Of a DNA stretch of 64,000 bases, positions 1 to 17,849 are shown in pieces. A model generated the notes under the pieces. The model was not told where the DNA came from, did not search any database, and saw only the letters and a program-made list of their open reading frames with translations. The stretch lies in NCBI GenBank assembly GCA_035531495.1, contig DATKSU010000006.1, forward strand, positions 1,821-65,820, given 5' to 3'. A program made the position numbers and the translations under genes. The DNA comes from Minisyncoccota bacterium (lineage in GTDB: Bacteria; Patescibacteriota; Minisyncoccia; Phycocordibacterales; Phycocordibacteraceae). Each line of letters opens with the position of its first letter. Within the stretch, counting starts at the first letter, position 1.

Positions 1-105
1 CAGTGGAGGGCTTCGATGCGGCCGTGCTTCCCGATCAGTACGACAAGCCGCGCGTCATCACGGTCCGCTGAAAGCGGACGACGGTATCTGCTACAATCGG
101 CGTAT

Positions 106-1374
106 ATGTCCGAGCCGCTCTCGACCGACCCGTACAAGGGCGTCCGTGATTTCTATCCCGCCGATTGGGGGCGGCTCGAGGCCATGTTCGGCCGCATCCG
201 CGCGACGCTCCTCGCTTGGGGCTACGAGGGATACAACGCCTCTCCGCTCGAGCGAGCGGAGCTCTACGAGGCCAAGACGTCCGAGGAGATAGTCAACGAG
301 CAGACCTATACCTTCACCGACCGCGGCGCTCGAAGGGTCACCTTGCGCCCCGAGATGACGCCGACCCTCGCCCGCATGGTTGCGGAAAAGCGCCGCGAGC
401 TCGCCTTCCCGCTCCGCTGGTTTTCTATCGGCAACCGCTTCCGCTACGAGCGCCCGCAGAAGGGGCGCCTGCGCGAGTTCTATCAGGCGGACATCGACCT
501 CGTCGGCCTGCCCGAGGGCGAAGCCGACCTCGAAGTCGTGCGGCTCGCCGCCGCCATCCTGAAAGGATTCGGCGCCCCCGACGGCGATTTCGTCATCCGG
601 ATGAACTCCCGCCCGCTCCTCGACGCCGCGTGCGCTGCCGCCGGCCTCTCAGGAGGCGACGCGCGCCGTTACCTGCGTCTCCTCGACAAGAAGGACAAGA
701 TGAGCGCGGAGGATTTCGCGGCCGAGTCGAAGAAGATCGCCGCGAAGGACCCGCTCGCCGTCATCGAGGACGCGGGTTCCGACCCGCAGGTCGCGGCCGA
801 GAAGGAGAAGGTTCTCGAACGCATCAAGGCGCTCGCGGCGCGCGGCGTCGCGAACGCCGTCTTCGACGCGACGGTCACGCGCGGCTTCGACTACTACACG
901 GGCATGGTCTTCGAGGTGTATGACACGGACCCGGCGAACGCCCGCGCCCTCTTCGGCGGCGGCCGCTACGACCGCCTCGTCGCCCTCTTCAGTGGAGACC
1001 CGGTCCCGGCCGTCGGCTTCGCGACGGGCGACGTGACGCTCGCCGACTTCCTCGAGACGCATGGCCTCGCCCCCGACGGCGCGAATGGCCGGCCGCAGCT
1101 CTACCTCGGCACGCCGTCGCCCGCCGACATCCCGGCCGCGCAGGCCTTCGCGGATACGCTGCGGGAGAAGGGCTGCCGCATCTTCGTGAACCTCACCGAC
1201 CGGTCGCTCGGCGACCAGGTGCGCGAAGCCGTGAAGCGCGGCATCCCGCTCTTCATCGCCTACGGCGCGAATGAGATTGCGAATAACGCGGTGCGCATGA
1301 AGATACTCGCGACCGGCGAGGAATCCGGCCTCCCGGTCTCGGAGCTTCCCGCACGGCTCAAAGCCGGAAGCTAG
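106..1374 (+). CDS. hisS: Histidyl-tRNA synthetase
   Basis: YKGVRDFYP, LRPEMT, FRYERPQKGRLREFYQ, RGFDYYTG and GGGRYD motifs; start moved to ATG 106, which follows TACAAT at 92-97. Confidence 0.96.
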   Translation: MSEPLSTDPYKGVRDFYPADWGRLEAMFGRIRATLLAWGYEGYNASPLERAELYEAKTSEEIVNEQTYTFTDRGARRVTLRPEMTPTLARMVAEKRRELAFPLRWFSIGNRFRYERPQKGRLREFYQADIDLVGLPEGEADLEVVRLAAAILKGFGAPDGDFVIRMNSRPLLDAACAAAGLSGGDARRYLRLLDKKDKMSAEDFAAESKKIAAKDPLAVIEDAGSDPQVAAEKEKVLERIKALAARGVANAVFDATVTRGFDYYTGMVFEVYDTDPANARALFGGGRYDRLVALFSGDPVPAVGFATGDVTLADFLETHGLAPDGANGRPQLYLGTPSPADIPAAQAFADTLREKGCRIFVNLTDRSLGDQVREAVKRGIPLFIAYGANEIANNAVRMKILATGEESGLPVSELPARLKAGS

Positions 1375-1376
1375 CC

Positions 1377-1955
1377 ATGCGCTACCTCGTCTTCGACATC
1401 GAGACCGCCAATACCTTTCCGGGCCTCGCGCGCGCGGACCTCGACCGCCTCGAGCTTGCCCTCGTCGGCGTCTACGATTCCGGGACCGACGCCTATTCCT
1501 CGTACGTGAAAGAGGAGCTGCCGAAGCTCTGGCCGCTCATCGAGCGCACCGACCTCCTCATCGGCTTCAATTCCGATACCTTCGATATCCCGCTCTTGAA
1601 CCGCTACTACCCGGGCGACCTCACGCATGTGCGCTCCCTCGACCTCCTCGCCGAAGTGCAGAAAGCGCTCGGCCGGCGCATCCGGCTCCAGTCGCTCGCG
1701 GAAGCGACGCTCGGCAAGGGGAAGAAAGGCGACGGTCTGAAAGCCGTCGAGTGGTGGCGCGCGGGCGAAGTCGAGAAGGTCCGCGAGTACTGCCTCGAGG
1801 ACGTGCGCCTCACGAAGGAACTCTATGAATACGCCCGTACGAAGGGCTCCCTCAAATACAAGGACCTCCGCGACGTGCGCGACCTCAAGCTCGATACCTC
1901 CCGCTGGGGGAAAGCTATCGCGGCGCCATCCTTGACCCACGCGCTCCCGTTATGA
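1377..1955 (+). CDS. RNase H-like DEDD 3'-5' exonuclease-domain protein (YprB/RNase_H_2-like)
   Basis: LVFDIET, GFNSDTFDIP and EYCLEDV acidic motifs. Confidence 0.8.
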   Translation: MRYLVFDIETANTFPGLARADLDRLELALVGVYDSGTDAYSSYVKEELPKLWPLIERTDLLIGFNSDTFDIPLLNRYYPGDLTHVRSLDLLAEVQKALGRRIRLQSLAEATLGKGKKGDGLKAVEWWRAGEVEKVREYCLEDVRLTKELYEYARTKGSLKYKDLRDVRDLKLDTSRWGKAIAAPSLTHALPL

Positions 1956-2644
1956 GACCGGCTGCGACAATCCCTATCGCCATCGTCGCCGCCGGAATCA
2001 TCATCGCGGCCGCCGTCTACGTCACCGTCTCGAAGAATCACGGGGCTGCGGCCGTGGCGGATAATCCGGGCCTCATCCGCCCCGTGGAATCCTCCGACCA
2101 CATCTTCGGCAATCCTGCCGCGCCGGTGAAAATCATCGAGTACTCGGACTTCGACTGCGCGTACTGCAAGGGCTTCAACGATACGCTGCACGAGGTCATC
2201 GCGACGGAAGGCGCGAACGGCTCGGTCGCGTGGGTCTTCCGCGAATTCCCGCTCACCCAGGTCCACCCGGCCTCGCTCAAGCTCGCCGAGGCGGCGGAAT
2301 GCGCGGCAACGGTCGGCGGCAACGGCGCCTTCTGGAAATTCGCCGATACCCTCTTCGCGAACCAGCCGGTATCGCCGTCCGATTTCGGCGCCCTCGCCGC
2401 CGCGGTCGGCCTATCCGGCAGCGCCTTCGCATCCTGCTACGCGAACGCGTCGTCGACCGTCGACGCGCGTATCAAGGCGGATAGCAGCAACGCGCTCTCG
2501 ATGGGCGCGCACGGCACGCCTTACTCGATCATTCTCGCGCCGGACCAGCCGCCGGTCGTCATGGACGGCGCGTATTCCTACGACGCCGTGAGACAGCTCG
2601 TGGACGCGGCGCTCGCCGCCATCGCTTCCTCGACGGCGCCTTAA
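1952..2644 (+). CDS. DsbA-family thioredoxin-fold disulfide oxidoreductase, membrane anchored
   Basis: N-terminal TM, EYSDFDCAYC (CxxC), cis-Pro loop GTP. Confidence 0.9.
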   Translation: MRPAATIPIAIVAAGIIIAAAVYVTVSKNHGAAAVADNPGLIRPVESSDHIFGNPAAPVKIIEYSDFDCAYCKGFNDTLHEVIATEGANGSVAWVFREFPLTQVHPASLKLAEAAECAATVGGNGAFWKFADTLFANQPVSPSDFGALAAAVGLSGSAFASCYANASSTVDARIKADSSNALSMGAHGTPYSIILAPDQPPVVMDGAYSYDAVRQLVDAALAAIASSTAP

Positions 2645-3546
2645 GAGAGGCCGAGCCGGTAGATATCGAACGAGTTCTCGCCCTCGAACATGTCGGAAGG
2701 GTTCGGGAGGAAGAGCCGCGGACGGGCGAGCTCCGCGGTCGCGTCGTTCACGAGCCGCCGGAAGACCTCGAAAGATTCCGCGTGCGCGGCGTAATCGAGC
2801 ACGTAGCGGCGCAGCTGCGCCCCGCCATCCGCGTTCCGGCGCTTCTTGCATTCGTAGACGATGAAGCGGCGTACAGGCTTGCCGAAACGGTCGCGCACCG
2901 TGAAGTAATTGAAAAGGGCCTGGATGACGAAGAGCGGCTTCGCCGGCCCGAGCGAGCTGAACGAGTCCACGAACTTGTGATCGATGACGTCGACGGCGTC
3001 CGGATCCTCGCGCGAGACGACGACAAGATCCGACACGGCTTTGAGCGGGAGCGCGAAGCCTTCGACCGCAGCGACGGCGGCGACCTCGACGCCGAGCACG
3101 TCGTGCCGCGGCGCCCGCGCCAGATAGAAACCGATGGCCTGCAGGTACTCGCGTTCCATCGAGGCGCGCTTGGCCTTCTGCGCGGCGCGCGTCGCCGCTT
3201 TCCCGAAATTAAGCTCGAAGTCAGGCACGGCGCGCAGGTACTCGAGGCCGAGCGCGGTCGCCGTCGCCTTGTCCGCGCCGCTATAACACTTTCTCAAAAG
3301 TGCTTCCGAGGAAGCGGTGCCTCCAGCGTTCGCATAGCGCTCGCTCACCTGGAGGTAGAAATGCTCGAGCGCCTTGTGCCCCGCGCTCCCGACGACGGCC
3401 GACGGCGAGCGCGGCGCGTCGTATATCTTCTCGACGTAGCGCTTGTGCCAGGCAAGCGGGTTCCGGAGGAACGCCATGAGCGATGAATGGCTCCAGTGCT
3501 CGATAGGCAGGACCTTCCTCCGTGCGGACTTACGCGCCTTCTTCAT
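2641..3546 (-). CDS. PD-(D/E)XK nuclease family protein (AddB/RecB-like C-terminal type)
   Basis: WSHSSL, GSAGHKALEHFY, SDLV and VIDHK motifs; start at ATG 3546 after TACAAT. Confidence 0.75.
   Translation of the reverse strand: MKKARKSARRKVLPIEHWSHSSLMAFLRNPLAWHKRYVEKIYDAPRSPSAVVGSAGHKALEHFYLQVSERYANAGGTASSEALLRKCYSGADKATATALGLEYLRAVPDFELNFGKAATRAAQKAKRASMEREYLQAIGFYLARAPRHDVLGVEVAAVAAVEGFALPLKAVSDLVVVSREDPDAVDVIDHKFVDSFSSLGPAKPLFVIQALFNYFTVRDRFGKPVRRFIVYECKKRRNADGGAQLRRYVLDYAAHAESFEVFRRLVNDATAELARPRLFLPNPSDMFEGENSFDIYRLGLS
3285..3355. repeat. Palindromic element in-frame within the PD-(D/E)XK gene
   Basis: Stems CCTCCAG(3320)..CTGGAGG(3355), GCTTCC..GGAAGC and CACTTT..AAAGTG; encodes about 24 extra residues LQVSERYANAGGTASSEALLRKCY. 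Confidence 0.55.
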
Positions 3547-3665
3547 GCGGGCATTGTACCCCAACACTTCATAGCGCCCGCGCCCGGCGTTAGGGCACGA
3601 GGTAGCCCGCCGCAACGATGGCAGAAAAATTCGTCTTGAACAACCGTAACCGAGGAAGAAAAGCG

Positions 3666-3692
3666 AAACGGCGGGGAACCCCGCCGTTTTTT
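3666..3692. terminator. Intrinsic terminator hairpin downstream of rpoD
   Basis: AAACGGCGGGGAACCCCGCCGTTT hairpin flanked by A/T tracts. Confidence 0.7.
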
Positions 3693-3704
3693 ATCTGCTT
3701 AATA

Positions 3705-4946
<1,242 letters not shown>

Positions 4947-4963
4947 GGTAAGTAAATAAGATT

Positions 4964-6652
4964 TTAGTGATGTTCGCCGACGCGCGCGAGCCGTGCCGAG
5001 AGCGTCGCGCACTCGGCCTGCGCACGTCCAGCCGCGGCCGCATCGCCTGCGGCCTCGGCTCTTCGGAGTGAGTTCACTGCTTCTTGATACGCCTCGCGGA
5101 TCACCGCTTCTTCAAAGGCGCGGAGAAGTTCATCCGCAGCGTCCTCCGAGGGCTCCTCGCCAAGCATCTCTTCCGCTTTGAAGAGCGCGGCTTCCGGGAG
5201 CGCATCCGAGGGCAGCTGGTGAGCTTCGGTGATACGAGTGTACTCCCCTCGCACGCGCTCGGCAAGCGGCGTCCCGGGATAGGCCTGGATAACGGCGAGG
5301 AGCTGCTCGCTCCGCATCTCCCGCGGGGATCGCGCGGCGGCCGGCGCCTTCGCCGACGCTGTGGCCGGCGCCTCTTCCCTGATGACGGGTGATTTCGGCA
5401 CCGAACCGCGTACGGCTTCGTCGGAGAGTCCGAGCGCGCGGGCCGTGACATGCACGAAGTGCTCGCGCTCCATGGGGCTCGGGATGGCCGCAATCAAGGG
5501 GAGCACGATGCGCTCGGCAGCGCGCAGGAGCCGGTGCGGATCCGTCTCGCGCTCGGCGAGCGACGCGAGGAAGAACTCGACGACGGGCTTCGCCTCCTTG
5601 ATGCGGAGCGAGAACTCCTTCGGGTCTTCGAGCACGAGGTCCGCCGGGTCCTTGCCGGCCGGCAGTCGCGCCGCCTTCACCCGCAGACCCTGCGTGAGCG
5701 CGAGCGCGGCCGACTTCGCGGTTGCGGTGAGGCCGGCCGGATCCGCGTCGAGCGCGAGCATGAGGTTCTCGCTGTAGCGCTTCATGAGCGCGAGGTGCGC
5801 GGCAGTGAGCGCGGTTCCGGAGAGAGCGACGGCGTTTCCGAACCCCGCCTGGTGCGCGAGGAGGACGTCCATCTGCCCTTCGACAAGGAGCGTGAAGCCG
5901 CGGGTGCGGATGGCGTCTTTCGCGCGGTCGAGGCCGAAGAGGATGTCAGATTTATGGTAGAGCTCGGTCTCGGGGCTATTCAGATACTTGGCCGGCTCGT
6001 CGACCGCGAGCGCGCGACCCGTGAAGGCGACGACGCGGCCGGCGACGTCGCGTATCGGGAAGATGAGGCGATTCCGGAACCGGTCGTAGTAGGTGCCGGG
6101 CTTGCCGTCCGCTTCCTTCACGAGGCCGGCCGCCGCGAGCTCGCTCGCCGAGAAACCTTCGGCCGCGAGCGTCTCAAGGAGAGCCCGCCAGCCGTCCGGC
6201 GCATAGCCGAGCCGCCAGGCCGCCACCGTCTCGTCGGCGAGCCCGCGCTTCTTCGCATACGCCGCGGCCGGGCTGTCCGCGAGCGTGCGGGCGTACCATT
6301 CGGTCGCGCGCATCATCGCCTCGCGCAGCCGTTCCGTGCGGCTCGCGCGCTCTTTCGAACGCGAGTCGTAGACGAGCTCGACGCCCGCCTTTTCGGCGAG
6401 GATCTTCAGAGCGCCCTTAAAATCGACGCCCTCCACCTTCTCGACGAAGGAGAACAGGTCGCCACCGAGACCGCAGCCGAAGCAGTGCCACGTCCCGCGC
6501 TCGAGCGAGACGTGGAAGGACGACGTCTTCTCCTTGTGGAACGGGCAGAGGCCGACGAGCGACTTCCCTGCCCGCTTCAGCTTCACGTACGGGCTGATGA
6601 CGTCATTGATGGAGAGACGGTCCTTGATCTCGGCGACCGTATCCCGCGCCAT
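4964..6652 (-). CDS. dnaG: DNA primase
   Basis: CPFH..C..C zinc finger, [20 protein letters not shown] and DAD. Confidence 0.96.
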   Translation of the reverse strand: MARDTVAEIKDRLSINDVISPYVKLKRAGKSLVGLCPFHKEKTSSFHVSLERGTWHCFGCGLGGDLFSFVEKVEGVDFKGALKILAEKAGVELVYDSRSKERASRTERLREAMMRATEWYARTLADSPAAAYAKKRGLADETVAAWRLGYAPDGWRALLETLAAEGFSASELAAAGLVKEADGKPGTYYDRFRNRLIFPIRDVAGRVVAFTGRALAVDEPAKYLNSPETELYHKSDILFGLDRAKDAIRTRGFTLLVEGQMDVLLAHQAGFGNAVALSGTALTAAHLALMKRYSENLMLALDADPAGLTATAKSAALALTQGLRVKAARLPAGKDPADLVLEDPKEFSLRIKEAKPVVEFFLASLAERETDPHRLLRAAERIVLPLIAAIPSPMEREHFVHVTARALGLSDEAVRGSVPKSPVIREEAPATASAKAPAAARSPREMRSEQLLAVIQAYPGTPLAERVRGEYTRITEAHQLPSDALPEAALFKAEEMLGEEPSEDAADELLRAFEEAVIREAYQEAVNSLRRAEAAGDAAAAGRAQAECATLSARLARVGEHH

Positions 6653-6656
6653 ATTT

Positions 6657-10379
<3,723 letters not shown>

Positions 10380-10400
10380 AGGATTCGAAATTAATCGCGT

Positions 10401-13577
<3,177 letters not shown>

Positions 13578-13771
13578 GTAGCGTGTCGGTGAAGCGGCTT
13601 GGTAAAAAATATATAAATGCGAACGCACGGACAGCTGTCCGCTCTCGCTCTGCGTTTATTCTTTCGCCCGTATGGTGCCCTCTGTTCCCCGCCCCCGGAA
13701 CTCATTCGTATCTTGTGTCCCTAAGGTACCAGACCACCCCCGCCTCGCGCAAGGGGGTCTGGGGATAATGG

Positions 13772-14422
13772 TCAGCGCCCGCGGCGCCACACATCAATTT
13801 TCGCATGGTGGCCCGTACGCAGGATCTTCGGAACACGGTAGCTCTTCTTTTTATAGGAAATGGTTTCGGGGCGGGTGTAGACCGCGCGGCTCGCGACGCG
13901 GCGCTCCTCGACCGATACGTCCTTGCCGAGCACCCCCGGGATGCGGCGGGTAACGGCGTCGACGACGGCGAGGGCCGGCACTTCTCCGCCCGTATACACA
14001 GCCTCGCCGACTGAGTATTCCTTCACGGGTGCGAGCGCCTTCAGCATCTTCTTCGCCCGCTCGTCGATGCCTTCGTATCGGCCGCAGACGAGAACGACAT
14101 CGTCGTATTTGCGGAGCGCGTCGGCGTTCTTGTTCGTGAATTGCCTGGCACCGGGACGCAGCCACACGACGACCTTCTTCCCCCTTCTCGCACCAATCGC
14201 CTTCTCTGCCGCTTTCACCACTGGCAAGGCCTGCATCACCATGCCGGGGCCGCCGCCGTAGGGACGCTCGTCCACCTTCCCCCATTTGTTCTCCACGAAA
14301 TCGCGCGGGTTGCGGTACGCTACGGAAATCTTCTTCTCTTTGCGCGCGCGGCCGACGATGGACGCGGACAGGTACGCGCCGCACGCGTCTTCGAAGAGGG
14401 TGATGAGGTGGAAATTAAGCAT
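13772..14422 (-). CDS. trmD: tRNA (guanine37-N1)-methyltransferase
   Basis: VDERPYGGGPGMVM, CGRYEGIDER, TGGE. Confidence 0.95.
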   Translation of the reverse strand: MLNFHLITLFEDACGAYLSASIVGRARKEKKISVAYRNPRDFVENKWGKVDERPYGGGPGMVMQALPVVKAAEKAIGARRGKKVVVWLRPGARQFTNKNADALRKYDDVVLVCGRYEGIDERAKKMLKALAPVKEYSVGEAVYTGGEVPALAVVDAVTRRIPGVLGKDVSVEERRVASRAVYTRPETISYKKKSYRVPKILRTGHHAKIDVWRRGR

Positions 14423-14474
14423 AGCTCGTAGCAGATGGCTTATAGCATATAGTACGGAGACGGAGCTAGCGACA

Positions 14475-14606
14475 TGCGGTATTGGTGGCTCTCGCAGGCG
14501 AAGCAGCACGGCAATCTCTGCGCCGAAGAGAAACTGCATAAAAATTTGCGGGCCGAGAGCGAGCGCGCCGCCCGCTGGGACGGCGACTGCGTACACCGAA
14601 ACCGCA
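14475..14606. repeat. Structured intergenic element, copy A (homologous to 47476-47620)
   Basis: Shared core GGCTCTCG..GCGAA.CAGCA.GG.AAT.TC.GCGCCGAAG..AAATTTGCG.GCCGAGAGCGAGCGCGCC with nested stems. Confidence 0.75.
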
Positions 14607-14626
14607 CGCCCGAACGAAGACCAGGC

Positions 14627-14944
14627 CTAAAGTTCGTCGACGACGTCGTCGATGGTCTTCGTCTTCGGCTCGTCCGCGACTTCCGGCGCGCGCTTGCCAC
14701 CGACCGGCTCGTTGATTTTGAGATTCGCGCGGGCGTTGCCTTTCATCCCCACGACCCGCAGGAGGATGCGAAGCGCCTCGGCCGTCTTGCCGCTCTTGCC
14801 GATAATCTTGCCCATATCATCCGGGTGGACGGTGAGCGTGAGGAGGACGCCCATCTGGTCGATGGTGCGCGTAGTGACGACGGCGTCGGGACGGTCGACG
14901 AGCGCCTTCACGACATATTCGAGAAACGCCTGATCCGGTTCCAT
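14627..14944 (-). CDS. khpA: KH-domain RNA-binding protein (KhpA/YlqC)
   Basis: DMGKIIGKSGKTA GxxG loop; rpsP-khpA-trmD synteny. Confidence 0.9.
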   Translation of the reverse strand: MEPDQAFLEYVVKALVDRPDAVVTTRTIDQMGVLLTLTVHPDDMGKIIGKSGKTAEALRILLRVVGMKGNARANLKINEPVGGKRAPEVADEPKTKTIDDVVDEL

Positions 14945-14993
14945 AGTAGTGCGCAGTATAGCATCGCGGCCCGCGAAGCGGGCCGGCGCCGGG

Positions 14994-15476
14994 TTACGCC
15001 GCTGGCGTCTCGGCAGGGGCTTCCTCGGCCTTCTCTTCGGGCTCCGCGGGCGCTTCGGGCGCCTTCTCTTCCGTCGGCGCGGGTTCCGCCTCCGCAGCCA
15101 CTTCTGCCTCGGTCGGCGCCGCAGGCACCGCGCCTTCCGCCGCGGGAGCCGCTGCCGCCGCTTCCTCGCCCTCCTTCCCCGCCTCCGGCGTGGCAAGCTT
15201 CTGGACGGTCCGGTGCGGCAGCGCGTTCACCTTCTTCCCTTCCATGACGCCTTTGGTGATGAAGAGGTTGCGGATGGAGTCGGTCGGCTGAGCGCCGTTC
15301 GCGAGCCAGATCTTCGCGCGCTCCGCATCGAGCGTGAGCGCCTTGCTCTTCGGGTTGTAGGTGCCGAGCTGCTCGATGGTCGCGCCGGACTTCGCCGCGC
15401 GCTCCTTCTCGAGCACCACGATGCGGAACGCCGGGTCATTCGTCCGGCCGATGCGCTGGAATCGGATCATCAACAT
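14994..15476 (-). CDS. rpsP: 30S ribosomal protein S16 with acidic C-terminal tail
   Basis: MLMIRFQRIGR, IEQLGTYNP, WLANGAQPT. Confidence 0.95.
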   Translation of the reverse strand: MLMIRFQRIGRTNDPAFRIVVLEKERAAKSGATIEQLGTYNPKSKALTLDAERAKIWLANGAQPTDSIRNLFITKGVMEGKKVNALPHRTVQKLATPEAGKEGEEAAAAAPAAEGAVPAAPTEAEVAAEAEPAPTEEKAPEAPAEPEEKAEEAPAETPAA

Positions 15477-15525
15477 GTGGGCCGCACTATAGCAGAAGAC
15501 GCTTGATATTGCTAGAGTGGCAGAA

Positions 15526-17484
15526 ATGGCCGCCGAGGAGCAGTACGAGGGACCCATCGTCATCACCCGCAAAGGCTTCGGGTTCTTCCCGATGGGCGAC
15601 GACGCGGAGGACCTCCTCATCCCGCCCGAGTGGACGAACCACGCGCTCGCGGGCGATGTCGTGCAGGTCGTTCCGGCCGGCACCTACTGCGACCCCTCGG
15701 GGCGCATGCCGCCGCGCGCGGCCGGTAAGGTGGTGGTCGTCGTCTCGCGCGCCCGCGAGATATTCGTCGGGACGCTCGTCGAGACGGACGGGCGCGTTCT
15801 CCTCGAGCCGGACTACAAGCGGATGCACATCCCGATCCTCGTGCGCGATACGAAGGGCGCGGACTTCGGCTACAAGGTCCTCGTGCGCCTGAGAGGCTGG
15901 GAGGACGGCGCCGAGTACCCGTGGGGCGTCGTCGAGGAAGTCATCGGCAAGGCCGGTGTGCACGAGACCGAGATGCGCGCGCTCGTCCTCGGCCAGGGAT
16001 TCTCGACCGAGTTCCCGCCGGGCGTCGGCGCCGAGATAAAGAACCTGCAGGAGCACGGCCGCGCGCTCATCGCGGCGGAAGCGGCGCGCATGGGCGACGG
16101 AAGCCCGCGCAAGGACTTTCGCGCGGCGCCGACTTGCACTATCGACCCCTTCGACGCGAAGGACTTCGACGACGCGCTCTCGGTGCGGATGCTCGAGGGC
16201 GGGAAGGTGGAGGTCGGCGTCCACATCGCGGACGTCTCCTTCTTCGTCGTACCCGGAACCGCTCTCGACAAGGAGGCGCTCGAGCGCGCGACGTCCGTCT
16301 ACCTCGTCGATCGAACCATCCCGATGCTCCCCGAGATCCTCTCGAACAACCTCTGCTCGCTGAATCCCGACCAGGACCGACTCGCCGTCTCCGCCGTCTT
16401 CACGCTCGACGAGAATGCGAACGTCCTTAGCGAGTGGTTCGGCGAGACGGTCATCCATTCCGACAAGCGCTTCACGTACGAGGAGGCGCAGACTGTCCTC
16501 GAGACGGGCACGGGCGCGATGCACGCGGAGCTCACGACGCTCCGCGACCTCGCGCAGAAGATACGCCGGAGCCGCCAAGCGAGAGGCGCCGTGGAATTCG
16601 ATACCGCGGAGGTCAAGGTGAAGCTCGACGCCGAGGGCAACCCAATCGGCATCGTGCTCAAGGAACGCAAGGATACGAACCTTCTTATCGAGGACTTCAT
16701 GCTCCTCGCCAACGAAGCGGTCGCGAAACATCTCGCAAAGCTCACCGAGAACGGCGGCCCGCATTTCGCGTCCCTCTACCGCGTGCACGATACGCCGGAC
16801 GCCGACCGCATCGAGAACCTCGCCAACCTCCTGCGCATCCTCGGCTACGATCTGAAGATGCACGCCGGCCGCGTGACCGGTACGGAGCTCAACCGTCTCC
16901 TCGACGCCGTGAAGGGCCGGCCGGAAGAATACCTCGTGAAGACCGCGACCCTGCGCTCGATGGCGAAGGCCGTCTACACGACGAAGAATATCGGCCACTT
17001 CGGCCTCGGTTTCGATTTCTATACGCACTTCACCTCGCCCATCCGCCGCTACCCGGACCTCGTCATCCATCGGCTCGTGAAAGCCCACGCGGGCGGCGCG
17101 CCGGTCACGCGGGCGGAGATGGAGGAATTCGACACGATCGCGCTGCATGCCTCCGAGCGCGAAGTCGCGGCGGCCGATGCCGAGCGCGACTCCGTCAAGA
17201 TGAAGCAAGTGCAGTACCTCGCCTCTCGCATCGGTGATGAGTTCGACGCCGTCATCTCGGGCGTCACCGACCGCGGCCTCTACGTCGAAGAGCGGACGAC
17301 GCATGCTGACGGCATGATCCGCATCAAGGACGTCGGCGACGATTATTTCGAATACGACGAGAAGCATTATCGCCTCGTCGGCCGCCGCACGAAGAAGGTC
17401 TTCCAGCTCGGCGACCCCGTCCGCGTCCGGCTCGTTGCCGCGCGCATCCACGAGCGCGAGCTCGACTTCGTACCTGTCTCCTGA
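15526..17484 (+). CDS. rnr: Ribonuclease R (RNB domain plus S1)
   Basis: TIDPFDAKDFDDA, YTHFTSPIRRYPD, C-terminal S1; ATG 15526 (GTG 15517 alternative). Confidence 0.93.
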   Translation: MAAEEQYEGPIVITRKGFGFFPMGDDAEDLLIPPEWTNHALAGDVVQVVPAGTYCDPSGRMPPRAAGKVVVVVSRAREIFVGTLVETDGRVLLEPDYKRMHIPILVRDTKGADFGYKVLVRLRGWEDGAEYPWGVVEEVIGKAGVHETEMRALVLGQGFSTEFPPGVGAEIKNLQEHGRALIAAEAARMGDGSPRKDFRAAPTCTIDPFDAKDFDDALSVRMLEGGKVEVGVHIADVSFFVVPGTALDKEALERATSVYLVDRTIPMLPEILSNNLCSLNPDQDRLAVSAVFTLDENANVLSEWFGETVIHSDKRFTYEEAQTVLETGTGAMHAELTTLRDLAQKIRRSRQARGAVEFDTAEVKVKLDAEGNPIGIVLKERKDTNLLIEDFMLLANEAVAKHLAKLTENGGPHFASLYRVHDTPDADRIENLANLLRILGYDLKMHAGRVTGTELNRLLDAVKGRPEEYLVKTATLRSMAKAVYTTKNIGHFGLGFDFYTHFTSPIRRYPDLVIHRLVKAHAGGAPVTRAEMEEFDTIALHASEREVAAADAERDSVKMKQVQYLASRIGDEFDAVISGVTDRGLYVEERTTHADGMIRIKDVGDDYFEYDEKHYRLVGRRTKKVFQLGDPVRVRLVAARIHERELDFVPVS

Positions 17485-17533
17485 CACGACGGATAAAAAG
17501 AGCCGGCCCAAGGCCGGCATCGGGATTCGGTAT

Positions 17534-17803
17534 TCAGAATCGCTGTAAACGGTTTTCGAGAAAGCAGATGCCGGTGGTCGCGTACGCCAAGCCGCGTTCC
17601 GTTACCCGATAGATAGGCCCGTCATAGACCCATTGCTTGCGCGTGAGGCCTTCCGGCTTCACCCATCGACGCTTCACGATGAGAAGATACCGCGACGACG
17701 GCAACTCATCCGCCGATGCCTCGTCGCGGACTTTCACGAGCGTGCAAGTATCGAATTTCGGTTTCGGACGAGCGAACGGGAGAAGCGATGCGAGAAAGAG
17801 CAT
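17534..17803 (-). CDS. Hypothetical 89-aa protein
   Basis: Fills intergenic gap, GGAGG upstream of ATG, hairpin plus T-tract downstream (about 17495-17518). Confidence 0.55.
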   Translation of the reverse strand: MLFLASLLPFARPKPKFDTCTLVKVRDEASADELPSSRYLLIVKRRWVKPEGLTRKQWVYDGPIYRVTERGLAYATTGICFLENRLQRF

Positions 17804-17849
17804 GAACCCTCCGTGAGAACAGGGTGCGCGTACCCTAACATCATGGGAG

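Noticed and set aside
1377-3546. DEDD exonuclease plus PD-(D/E)XK nuclease as a defence or Cas4 module
   Set aside because: Opposite strands, separated by a DsbA-family gene; no cas genes, array or Cas4 Fe-S cysteines
14423-14596. Extended N-terminus of TrmD in the ORF track
   Set aside because: It runs through the non-coding structured element; TrmD similarity starts at ATG 14422
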